Origin: Heptranchias perlo
Taxonomy: Eukaryota
Direction: 5' to 3'
Length of the DNA stretch: 64,000 bases
Assembly (NCBI RefSeq): GCF_035084215.1
Contig: NC_090331.1
Span: 54,870,001-54,934,000, forward strand
In this document: one piece after another, positions 1 to 11,440 of the stretch
How the letters are laid out: the number at the start of each line of letters is the position of its first letter
Position numbering within the stretch: position 1 is the stretch's first letter
The notes under the pieces: generated by a model
Database searches by the model: none
Seen by the model: the letters and a program-made list of their open reading frames with translations, nothing else
What the model was told of the DNA's origin: nothing
Made by a program: the position numbers and the translations under genes

Positions 1-86
1 GAGTCTGACAAATTCGAAACCCTTTTGCCAGCAGGACTATGCAGCCCCCGTTCCATCAGAATTATTTCTTTTCTTATTCTTTCCAT
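1..86 (-). CDS. evx2: Even-skipped homeobox 2, start of coding exon 1 (partial, continues off the window)
   Basis: Reverse complement from the ATG at 86-84 reads [28 protein letters not shown], matching the vertebrate Evx2 N-terminus. It lies head-to-head with the 5' end of a HoxD cluster, the expected position. Not in the ORF track. Confidence 0.93.
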   Translation of the reverse strand, partial: MERIRKEIILMERGLHSPAGKRVSNLSD

Positions 87-229
87 CCCGAAGCTGAGAG
101 CAGGTTGCAAGCTGATACTACACTAATGATGATCTTGCAGCTGGGGCCAATTCACATCCAGCCCCGCAAGTGTCTCGAAATATTATCTTTTTGGTGCAAA
201 GAAAAAGTGTTATGTCAATGCGAAGGAAC

Positions 230-400
230 GACTGGTCAAAATGACCCGTGCTTCCTTTCTCCCGATGTGTCATTCATCAAACTAGTGCTCGTCATTAAGG
301 TACGAATGACGCTGTTCGAATAATCATTTATTGTAACAGGTTTATAAGCAAATAAATACAAGCATCTGTCAGTGGATGATGAAGGCGGCCTAGCGACAGG
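230..400 (-). promoter_or_regulatory. Evx2 5'UTR/proximal promoter, candidate conserved non-coding element
   Basis: Lies 150-310 bp upstream of the Evx2 ATG and is dense in homeodomain-type sites (TCATTAA, TAATCATTTATT, TTTATAA, AATAAATA). Resembles a recalled conserved Evx upstream block; not verified. Confidence 0.45.
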
Positions 401-1675
401 CAAATACATCCAGGTAGAGAAGAATTAGAGGACAGCCCCTGTCCTCAGCCGATGATCGCATGCCCGGATGCTCTGGGTTTTGGCCTCTGGGGTGAAATTG
501 ACAGTCTGATTAATAAAATGAACATTACAGCATTTCCCTGTACATTTAGCCAGATCATTATGTTCTGATTTTGTTTTGCTGTTCTTATCGGGTTCTGATA
601 ATAGCATCTTTCTCATCACACTTTTGGTTGAACGCGGGCGAGCTTTGTAGGTAAATAGAAGTATCAAGTTTAACAGTTTTGTTCCTTCAGTTCAGATGAT
701 TATTTTGGTGTATTTAGTCAGTTGGAATGGAAATGCCATAACGTGTTTTTGTTGACAATGTGAAGTCGGATTTCTTCCAATCGCACCTTAATATTTTGTC
801 TTTCCCTTTCCTTATTTGCGTATTCTCTTTGATAATATCTATCTTCCCACTCAGCCTCTCGTCATGCCATTGCTTCTTTTATCTCTCTTTATATACACCA
901 ATGCAGACAACTGTCTTCTCCAGCTGGTTCCCTCTATCTTTCACGTTTGTATGAAGTGCACATATTCGGATAACATGTATGGGGATTCTTTAGCATGTTC
1001 TTCATTGGTTTATTGTGGTAGATCTTTCAGACATTTAAACACTGAAATGTATATTTGACTTGTAATGTACATCACAAGACGTCAACACAGGGGCAATGCC
1101 CTCTCCGCTGATATGTATGGCATATTTGAATAAAGTTTTATTTTCTTTTAACATTTTTGAAACTCTTTCAGCTATTGTGTGATGTACTTTATAGGATTGT
1201 ACTTTATTTTAGGTAATAACTTGATATGGTTTTGAGACCGTTTAGCTGTGCGCGTATGCATCTCTCTCTCCCTCTCTGTCCAAGTCTGTTACGCATTTAG
1301 ATCGTCGATTTAATTTCACATTAAACACCATATTTGTGCTTATAATATTTGGGGCATTAAAGAAAGATATTTTCGGCCAAAAGTTATAAAAAGTATTTTT
1401 CTCCATCCTATTTTCTTTCAAAACCAAACTAGTGACTTGTATATTCTTCAAATTAATTTGCTAAGATTTGTTTTAGCCTCCGCACGACAAACATTTAGCT
1501 AGAAACACGCGACTGCTAAAGGTTAATCCGTTACCTGTAGCTATTACAAATTTATCCGATGTCCATGGTCAGATATAACGTAAGGCAAAGCAACATTTGC
1601 TGTTAGAAGTTTAATATTCCAGAGAGGATTTGGAAGATGGAGAATCTGTGTGGACCAGCTACTCCCGGTGTTAAT

Positions 1676-1752
1676 AGTGGTAGTAATGATGACGCTGATA
1701 GCGATGATGATAATGATGATGAATTTGTTGTTGTTGTCATCATCGCCGTAGT
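1676..1752. repeat. Degenerate trinucleotide tract (TAG/GAT/GTT/CAT)
   Basis: tagtggtagtaatgatgacgctgatagcgatgatgataatgatgatgaatttgttgttgttgtcatcatc. Confidence 0.6.
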
Positions 1753-3066
1753 TACTTTGGTTTTCAAAATCAATGAAAAACAATACTTTACCGACGAGAA
1801 GCGAAACCTATGAGCTAAGTTGCGAGATACACGCGTGAAATGTTAAATTAAAGCATAACTGGTCTTCAGTGTGGATATCACAGAATAGTTTCTATCGAGA
1901 TCCCCTTATGGGAAATTACAATGTAGCAAAAGCGTTTGAGATGCATAATTAATATTAAATAATGCATAGACGGAACCTATATCATTGCTGTTAAATGGTT
2001 TAGTTAGTACCGTGTCCCCTATGCCATAGAATAAAAACAGTACAGCACTGTCATATATATTAATAATAATGCGTTTGGAATATTTTGAGCAGAAATGTTT
2101 ACTATTAGAAAATATGAAAGAAGGATTCCCAGTGTTTTCTTCCAGTTTATATCCTGCAAAAAATTGTCATGTTCATGCCCTTGTAGTCAGTATTTACGCT
2201 GGTGTCGGCATTTAGACAAAGCATAATATGACAATAGATGTAGAAAACAACAGTATTAGAGAATGCCAATAATACTGTAACGATTTATGAGAAGACATAA
2301 GCGATTAATGTTAATTGTGGTTAAAAAAAACGCATTAAAAAGTGATATTAAAAGTTGCATAGTGAAAATTATGTTTTCTTCCCATGGGTCTCGTGCAACA
2401 TATTAGTTTTACAACAGTGGCTCTGGAAAGTACTGGAGACATCATTTTAATGTTATTGTTCTCTAATAAAAAATGAATGCAAGTTGCAAAACATCATAAA
2501 TAGCGTGTTTAATTTGCTGGCGTAGGAAAAGTCATTAGGTCTAAAGCGATAAACATTGTTGTCATTATAGGAAGTGGTTTGACCACAAGTTAGCAAATAA
2601 TATGTCTTATGGTTAGCAAACATAATAACATTTCAGATCCTCGAAACAGCTCGTAAGTTGGAAACGTTATCTCAAAATAAAAAAGCTTAGACCAATGATA
2701 CGAAATACAATATTCATGCGAACAGGGATTTTTGAGATATTTATGCAATATTATTCATTTTTGATTTTGCACCTTGTTCAATAATATGAACTGTAGTCCA
2801 CCGATCAAAATGAATGAATGTTATGATGAATTAATTGTGAAGCTTTGCAATATTTTTTGAGTGGAGATATTAGATAAACAAAGATGAATGGAATAGAGAT
2901 TAACTGCACTCGCTCGAAATATCTGTCCTCTGGCGCCCTCATTCGTTTTCTTTGATTTTAACAGTCACATTACTTTCATAACTGCTCCAAAAAGTTAATT
3001 TCTCTGAGATTCAGCGGCTAGTGAAAATAATATTTTAGAAGCCAAACTAAAAAGAAAACGCGCTCT

Positions 3067-3110
3067 TGTCCGTATGAGTTAATTTATGTGTCCGTATGAG
3101 TTAATTTATG
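3067..3110. repeat. Perfect 22-bp tandem duplication
   Basis: TGTCCGTATGAGTTAATTTATG occurs twice, at 3067-3088 and 3089-3110. Confidence 0.9.
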
Positions 3111-4483
3111 TCTTGATCAATTATTTTACATCAACACAATTTGAAAATACTGCTCCAAGGGATAAATGTATGCATTAATTTGTATTTATTTTCTTAATAA
3201 AAGTGACCTCCGGAGTTTTGTATTGTTATTTTGTGGGCGATAACAGTAAAAACTGACTGCTCCGTGCCATTGTCAAACAGCGTGTCAGAGGATGCCTTGA
3301 AAGATTAATTCTCATTAAGGGCAAGTGATGAGAAGAAAGTAAAGACCGAATTTAACATTTTTATAACATCTGTCCTATCACCTTTGTCTGTGGAAAATCC
3401 GTTTGAATGCTGAATGCAAAATTTCCTTATAACTGGCTGAGGGTTAACTGGCGTTAGACTGGAAGACTGTAGAATTATGTCAATTCTCGTCGACATTGAC
3501 ATAATGTTGATTAATGAAACTGAACAAGGTAGTGTTAAACACAATGCAAAGAAAAGATAGTGGCCACGGCATTCACTTGGAAAATGGTTTGCATGATTTT
3601 AAAATCCATGATTTCCATCATTTATATTTAAATTACCTTTAATACTGTGTCAAGGGAAAGTTTTAATTAGCCAGAAAAGTCATAAAACTGGTTAAATAAA
3701 GATAAATGGACAGATTACACCATTTCTGTGCGCGGCAGTGGTTCATTTTAGCTGGCTCAAAGAAGGTTTACGGCAATAGACTAAATATTTGTTCGATCGT
3801 CTAATGCAGGTATCGCGAGGTGTAATTCTGGAGCCTTAAGGGTTATAGCAGGCAATAAAAGCTCCTTAAATGCTTTTTGTCTGACGCAAGTTGCAATGTC
3901 ACGAAGAAGGCTTATTCCAGATTACAGTCCACGGTTCTACTAAATTACTGTTCCATTCTGGTGCATGAGTTTTTGAAAAAATAAACGCACGTTTACAAAT
4001 CTAGGTACCCAGCAATCAAATGTTGTAAATTAAAATCACCAGGGAAAAGGCATACAAGGAAAAACTGAAAGAGTAAGCTGATACACAATGATCACAAAAC
4101 TCAGCATTGACCTTGGGTCAACAGTATGATAGCTACAGTACAAATGTGTCATTCTGTAATGCAGCCGTGTCCTTGACGTTTGTTCACAAAGTTTAATTTG
4201 CAAAGAGTCCACACTGTGTTTTATTTACCAACTGTAGTAGAGTTACAGCAATAAAAAGATCAGGTAGTTTGGACCAGGGTGTAGTATGTGCACTTAATGG
4301 ATAGCCTCGTTCCATTCCTGGGAGGTGGAAGATAAAGTATTTGCTCAGTGCCTACACACGCATATCCTTCTCAATATTTGGAACAAAGAAGAATTTACGC
4401 TGGCAAGTAACGACAGAAAAATATCAGGGAGATTATAATTGCAAGTGGCTGAAGTGAGCATAATCATTTAGTGCAGCTATAAG

Positions 4484-5012
4484 ATGAATTCGACTTCGCA
4501 GCAGTACAAACTGACGTTAGAGACATCTAGCGATAAAACAGGAATACTGCAAGATGGAATGCGGCCTATGGAAACAATACCTGTACTTTCCACTAATTTT
4601 GGAATTCCTTCTGCTATGTCCCCATCGCCTTTGAAAACGACCCCAGGTGGAAGGTGCCACGGTTTGTACTCCGAAGACATTTCGATTTGTGGATCGCATG
4701 GAAGCGCAGATCGGGAGATAGTTGCTATGTCACCTGAGGCAGGTCGATTCCCTGCAAACCAACTTCAAAGTGACAGTCATATATCTTCGTTTACTAGCTA
4801 TCGGCACAATCCCTGTACCAGAGGTGACTACCCTACAAGCTCCTCCATTTATCAGCACTGGCCGTCAGAGTATCCCCGGGCTGCACCTGTCCCGAACCAG
4901 ATAGATCCCAAGAATCTGGGCATGCCTATCTTTAGCCATTCTCAGTACTGTGGAGCACCCTTTTCAGGAGGAGCACTCAACACTGCAATGCCCAGTGTCT
5001 CAAGGCCTTTAG
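4484..5012 (+). CDS. hoxd14: Homeobox protein HoxD14, exon 1
   Basis: ORF from ATG 4484. The donor TTAG|gtcggt at 5012/5013 (phase 1) joins exon 2 in frame. Total CDS 529+182+90 = 801 nt, 266 aa. The start codon and donor are inferred. Confidence 0.8.
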
Positions 5013-5800
5013 GTCGGTCTGATAATGTATTCTCATACACTGTATACCTGTCTTTCGGTGTTAGATAACACGGTTAAGGAGTGCGATAAGATTTTTAATA
5101 TGTGTTCAAAAGGCAAGATTAGTAGTTCTTTATCTTATAGTAATACCCAGGTAATTCGTGTTTCGTTTTCGATTGTGTTTATTTTACTTTGACTGTGAGT
5201 TGCATTTTAGGGCATTTAATTTTTACATGTCATTTTGGAAAAATATGTCCACCAAACTTTAGGAAAGCTAAGAAATTTCGCTTTTTCTAAAGAAGGTTGT
5301 AATTCTTACGGTGTCTATTCAATGCGAAAAATTTACCGAAGGAAAGTGGTCTATCAATGTTAGTTCATTTTAATTCAATTGCTTCATATCTATTTTTCAT
5401 TCACACGTTTCAGAGGTCAAATCAAAATATGCACTTCCTACACAAAATATAGAAACAGAGCAAAACAAGAAGAAGCATATCCACCTCAACTGAAAATCAT
5501 TTACTTTGCATAAAGTACATTATGCATTCGAATAAACAAGGGGGCATGAGAACCCAAATTTGTAAATAAATATTATGTTTGAAATTAATTCTCATCTCTC
5601 CACCATGTTAAATATTTTGAAGATCAGTTAGCTAACATAAATTAAAATAAGTGAAGGTCAACGCCAGTATCGATTATTTAGTTAATAGGAGTTTGCATAT
5701 ACAAGACGACGTTATAAGTAGATAAAATACATGTTAGCGTCAATTTCAACTATTTTGTCGAGATGGCTCAACATATTGATGGATATATGTGTTTCTTCAG

Positions 5801-5982
5801 CATTGGGATTTACATCGCAATGGTCAACGTCGCAGAACCTGGTACACAGACAAAGAAAAAAACGAATCCCTTACAGCAAACAGCAAATCGCCGAACTGGA
5901 AAAGGCTTTTGAAAAGAATCGATTCCTCACTCCTGAAGTCCGATTAAACATTTCGTTCAAGTTAGGCTTAACAGAAAGGCAG
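5801..5982 (+). CDS. hoxd14: Homeobox protein HoxD14, exon 2 (homeodomain N-terminal arm to residue 44)
   Basis: Acceptor gtttcttcag|; encodes ...[46 protein letters not shown]; donor CAG|gtaaga, phase 0. Confidence 0.92.
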
Positions 5983-6151
5983 GTAAGAGAACCTCTTTCC
6001 TGCTTTTACAGAATAAAAAGTTAAATACCTGCCTGGCAATTCTGTCTCTCTTAATTGTCAACAGGTGGGTCCATTCATTTCCACAAAATATTAAACCAAG
6101 TCCGTTTATATTAGCCATCTTCTGTTTTAAAATCATCTGTCTTCTTCTCAG

Positions 6152-6241
6152 GTAAAAATATGGTTCCAAAACCAGAGGCAGAAAGAGAAAAAGCTTCTTC
6201 GTGTACAGCAAGCAGTGAATCCAAGTTGTCCCGGACTGTGA
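6152..6241 (+). CDS. hoxd14: Homeobox protein HoxD14, exon 3 (recognition helix and C-terminus)
   Basis: Acceptor cttcttctcag|; encodes VKIWFQNQRQKEKKLLRVQQAVNPSCPGL*. WFQNQR plus an intron splitting the homeobox are Hox14 diagnostics. Confidence 0.92.
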   Translation, partial: VKIWFQNQRQKEKKLLRVQQAVNPSCPGL

Positions 6242-7050
6242 AATAAAATACTTTTACTCAAAAGAAGAATGGCTTTTGACAGTTACAAAAACTTGGATTA
6301 TGACATGTAATGAACGGCACAGTCATCTCTCTTCAGATATACATGCACATAGATTAGTCAACGTTCAACGTGTTATTTCTCTTTCAATTCCTTGTCTTTT
6401 ACAGCTGCATGAGTGCAAAATGTTTTATCTTACATTATTTTGAGATCTAATTTTCTATGTTAAATGCTATTAACGAGTTGGTTCTACAAAGGTGGCAAAG
6501 AAGAAATAGTTACATTATGAGCCGAATTTAATTCTGAAAGTAAAATTTCAGATTGGTTTTCTAAAATGATTAGTACCTGCATACCATTCATTACATATAT
6601 GTATATATGACTAATTATAATTAGATACATAAATGATTTTCTAAAGGTTATCTTTAATGTTCAAAGAATGATTACATTAGTATAGATTTCAGAGGAAATT
6701 GCTTCATTGCTGAATATAGTTGTTAATTTCCTATTTTCAAATTTGAAGCGATTTGAAACACAGTGTACAAAATAATTACGTGTTATATTTTAATAAAATT
6801 GTCAACCTTGTAAAGGCTGTGCTTCTGTAACATTGGATTTAAATGTGCATTCAAAACATTTTTTCTTTTCTTTTTTTCTCCAAGAAGGGATTATTTCATA
6901 GGCTTTAGTCAAAACACGTAGCTTGGTGCAATGGGAATATGCCAGTAGTTCTTGTATGGAGACAGAAGTATACCGATATAATACATTTAAACTGCACCGC
7001 TACAAAATAAAAACTACGGTTATATTTAGATTATAAAATACAAACGGTTA

Positions 7051-7112
7051 CTATCTATCTATCTATCATCTATCTGTAATCTATCTATCGTCTATCTGTC
7101 TAACTATCTGTC
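7051..7112. repeat. Imperfect (TATC)n/GATA microsatellite
   Basis: ctatctatctatctatcatctatctgtaatctatctatcgtctatctgtctaactatctgtct. Confidence 0.85.
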
Positions 7113-8221
7113 TTTCAATTTCACGTTATGACGATTTCCTCAACAGTTCATTGTGTATTTTCTATTCTCTTCATGTATGTCGTTTTAAAAGTTATTCAGT
7201 TCCTCGTTGATTTGCTAATAATCGCACACCGGTTTCTTAAACGAAAGTACACTTTACACTTGAATAGATGCTTCATTGCGGGGGTCACGGGGGCGTAATA
7301 CTGTGACTTTGCTATGTACTATTGAGCTCATAACAATGAACTAGCTCTTTAAAGTTTCACGAATAATACTACAATAAAAATATAATGGATGCGAATGCAT
7401 TATTTTATTGTAGAAATAACTATCACTTTGGTCAACCAAACCGACTCACACTGTTCAAGTGCAATCTATCCACGTTATTAAAACCTGAGGATCTCTTCTG
7501 AGTGTATTAGCTGCCTATACGTGAAATGTTTTTTTCTATTTGATCCTATATATTTTTCTGTCCAAAGTTTTTAAATGTTATAATAGCAATCTATTAATTG
7601 ATGCTTCAGAGTCCGAATCAGCTCGAGCATCTCGAGTATAAAATTGATGAGGAAAGAAATTTGCTTCCAGATGGTTCCAGCCCCATCGGCTCTTATTTGC
7701 TACCCGCATGATGATTTTTTTTTTTGCTAAAGATGTACGTGAGAGTTTCTGGACTTTGAAGGCGTAAATTCCAGACCTATCCATTGTAAATACAAACAGC
7801 TGAAAGCAAAAGGCACAGGCGGCAAAAACATAGCCATCGTTAGCTGTCCTCCAGCTTCTCCCAGTACAAGGAATAAAGCCATTTGCCATCACTTACCTGC
7901 ATGGAGCTTCCCTAATGATTGGGAAAGTTGTATGGACCAAACGTATTTTGAGCGATTGTTGCACATCTATCAAAATCTCTTAACTACAATATATAAGGTG
8001 AACAAAAGTCTGTTTTTAATTTCAAACAGCACCCGAAATGTGTTATACATAACCAAAGAAATGTCTTAAAGTTACAGCAACCTTCATCGTAATCAAAAGG
8101 GAGTTGCTAGTCATTAGTTATTTGCAATTAGAATCAGTTTAATTAGCATTTTTCAGATGCTACAGATTTCAAGTACGTGACTGAACGTCAAAAAATAATG
8201 TAAAATATTGCGTCTGCTTAA

Positions 8222-8460
8222 AAAACAACTTGCATTTATATAGCGCCTATCACGCCCCAAAATGCTTTGCAACTATTGAATTCCGTTTTGAAGTGGTCAT
8301 TTTTAGATAGGCACACAACAGCTAATTTGGGTACAGCAAGGTCATACAAACAAATGAATAACCAGATAATCTATATTTAGTGGTGTTGGTTGAGGGAAGA
8401 ATGTTGGCGAGAACAGCAGGAGAACTCCCTGCTTTCTTCGAATAGTGCCATGGTATTTCT
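8222..8460 (-). mobile_element. Degenerate shark SINE fragment (Deu-domain/SacSINE1-like with L2-type 3' tail)
   Basis: Contains aacttgcatttatatagcgcc (reverse of the ...GGCGCTATATAAATGCAAGTT tail), ccagataatct, gttggttgaggga and cttcgaatagtgccatgg, as recalled for this common shark SINE. Family name is from memory. Confidence 0.65.
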
Positions 8461-8689
8461 GTTTTAACTCTACCTGATTATAATCCTTTGTAGGGCCACT
8501 ATTGAAATAGCAAACGTTATGTCTTACTTTTTGTAAGAACCTACGAAAAAATAATATAATCAACGTTTTAGACAATGAGACACATAAGTGTTGTAAAGCA
8601 ATGCTCACAGGCAGATATTAGATAAATAGTGATTAAAGAATATATCATATTAAAAACTTACCTCTTGTGCACACTTCCTGTCAATTTTT

Positions 8690-8873
8690 CCATTATAAAT
8701 CCCTATGTCCACTTTTATAATAGAAAGTGCCTGTGCAAGCTTGTCACCTTGGAATTGGACCCTCCAGCCATTTCTGCAGATAGCCCCACCATTGGTGGGA
8801 ATGTGTAATTGCAATGTGACACGTTTACATAGGCAGTTTCCATTATAAACGAAGAGGTAGGAATTTATAATGG
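8690..8873. repeat. 184-bp imperfect palindrome (MITE-like fold-back)
   Basis: Arm 8690-8772 aligns without gaps to the reverse complement of 8791-8873 at roughly 75% identity, starting CCATTATAAAT; 18-nt spacer. Confidence 0.8.
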
Positions 8874-11356
8874 TTATATAACAATAAAGAAAAATGTGAC
8901 ACTTTAAAATAAAGACTGAATTACGTCAGTACCCCATGGTCCAATTGTCCACTGTCATGTAATGCCGTTTCATTTGAAGACTGTACTTGTTCTTGACTCC
9001 TGCTGTACAATACCAAGGGCGATAGACTAGTAGAGAAGTAAATCTATTTGTGCCAAACTTTATTCATGAACATTGCAGATCATGTTGAAATCGCAGTTCC
9101 AATAGTAAAGGGTGCAGCAGATACAAGGGCCTAGATAACATGTTGATAAATTTAGGAGTGCAATCGGAAGTGTTTAAATAACAAGGGACAAGAATGGCAT
9201 ATTGTCCAAACAATTGGAATGTTCAAGGCAGTTCATTTTACAGACCAGGAAGTCGAATTAATTTCTTCTCTATATCACTCTCGAGTGGAACAAGGCACGG
9301 AGATGGGAGTCTCTTGGAAACTTTTTTTACGCTGCCCTCCAGACCATAGCGTCCGTTTTTTGCCTGACGAAAATCTGAAATTCATTTGAATACATAGAAG
9401 AAGCCTATCTGCATAACATACCACTCTAATTCCGTAGCAGAAGCATATTTTTGCATTTCAACTGTATTTGATTTCCAGCCACGTTGAAAGAATACACTTT
9501 TCTGTTCATTGATATGTTTTATGTTTAGCAAGTGAAATTCCTCTGATGTGGGATTGGTTTGGACAGGTACAGATAAATTAATTTTTATATAGAATAGATA
9601 ACCCAGATACATTCTCGTGTATTCATATAGAGGAGCTGGGATCGGAAGCTAACAGTTTTCTTTTAAAATGCACTAAGTCTACAGGATGAATTCAGCTTGA
9701 TTTGTTGTTTTATGTGCATTCTGGGTCTCCACCCCAATAGACAATGGGACGTAATCAATTGTACTTATTTTGCAAAGGAGGTTTACACAATTTAAAAATA
9801 TTTAACAATTGTTTTTGAATTAAGCAAATGCATTTTATAAATATTGCTATATTCTCTTCAGATAGACAGGACTTTGAAACTGTTGAAATATTTGTGGTGC
9901 GTTCCGTACAAGGTACTTAGGACTGTACGATCAGAGTAGCGCATCGTCATGTGCCTTGCAAAGTAGTAAATTACTTTTGTAGTTCCAACTGTAACACACG
10001 TGAAAAAGGTGAGGTAGGAGACATTCGCAGCATCAAGCGATTAATTGGTGGCTAATAACATTGGATTAAAGACGTATTTCGTTACCTTGATTACTGTCAA
10101 CAGATTAAATCCATTTTACTCCGAGGTGCATTTTACGTGCAAGTTGAATACTTCAGTATATCTCAAATATCACAAGTAAATTTAGATCTAGTTTTAACAA
10201 CTGTCTGAGATTCCTTTTCAAATATATATGATCAATAATATAGTTTGTACATACTTGAAAAGTCAGGGGTTCATAATACTTTGTTTCCAGTTGGGTAAAA
10301 ATATTGTAAGCAATTTGTGGTGTGTAATCTGGTTTCATTCAGGTATTAATATCAGCCATTACGTTTGACAAAAACGACATGTTTACGATAATGTGTATTC
10401 AAACGGGACTCATATAACCTGTAATACAGTCAGTCTCATTTTAATGAATATTGTTAGCTGGATATATATTTTATCAACTGACTTTTAAAAAATGTTGTAT
10501 CTATTGTCGTTAAATAATTTTGGAGTAAATCCCTTTAAGTAAATACTTTAACATTGGAATATCTATTTTACTAGGCTTACAGCTCAAATTGCACCAAGTT
10601 GCTTTGTATGTACTGTGTTACGCGACCTCAGTCGTCCGCCAGTCTACCAATTTAAGGTGCAAATAATCCTAAACTAGCCACGCTTAAGAGAACTTTCCAG
10701 TTATAATTATAAAAATACGTAACAGATTGTACAAAAGAAAATTATTACTAATACTTCATAGTGAATGTTGGTAATCATATCTGTAGTTAATACAACGTAT
10801 AAATAAACATATTTGTAATAGGTTTCGATTTTAAACCGAAATTATCATTAATGCTTCAGGTTATGAATCGCTTGATGAGCCGAAGGCCATTCAAAATAAC
10901 ACCCTGCAAATATTTTTAAACAATAAATGTTGCACGTTATTTTCAGTAACTCAAATGCCAGTTTAAAAACATTAAACAAAAAGATACCAGCAAGAAAAAG
11001 ACCAATTTTAAAAATCAAAACAGAATAAACGAAATTTTGCATGTTGGAAGAAGATTTCGCAGCCATGGCTCTCCACAGAACCCACAAAGCGACAAAGGGA
11101 AGTTTATGTTGAACTTCGATGAGAACATAAAACAGTTAAAGAAAATGATTGTGAACCAAAATTACGTTCAAATAAATACCTTCAAATGACTTACGGAAAT
11201 TGTGTAAAATTTCAATTCTGTTCGCTAAATAAGATCAACATATGACAATAAATAAAATTAAAAATAAACAATATTCACTGCTATCCTTTTCAAATAAAAT
11301 GCGGAATGTTTATACTTGGATTTATATCATTTGGGTCCGTATTTTTGATTTGTTCT

Positions 11357-11440
11357 GGGATGCGGGCGATGCTGGCAAGACCACATTTACTGCCCATCCC
11401 TAATTGCCCTGAGAAGGTGGTGGTGGGCCTTTCCCTTGAA
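11357..11440 (-). mobile_element. 3'-end fragment of a common shark LINE (CR1/L2-like)
   Basis: gatgcgggcgatgctggcaagaccacatttactgcccatccctaattgccctgagaaggtggtggtg matches a recalled high-copy elasmobranch repeat end. Confidence 0.6.

Noticed and set aside
39-323. 94-aa plus-strand ORF
   Set aside because: Antisense to the Evx2 start and 5'UTR, with no recognisable protein similarity.
4261-4285. AGGTAGTTT resembling the miR-196 5' end upstream of HoxD14
   Set aside because: Only 9 nt match, and there is no complementary arm.
7891-7899. ACTTACCTG: a perfect minus-strand donor or U1 snRNA 5' end
   Set aside because: The rest of U1 is absent, and a single 9-mer is insufficient to call an antisense exon.
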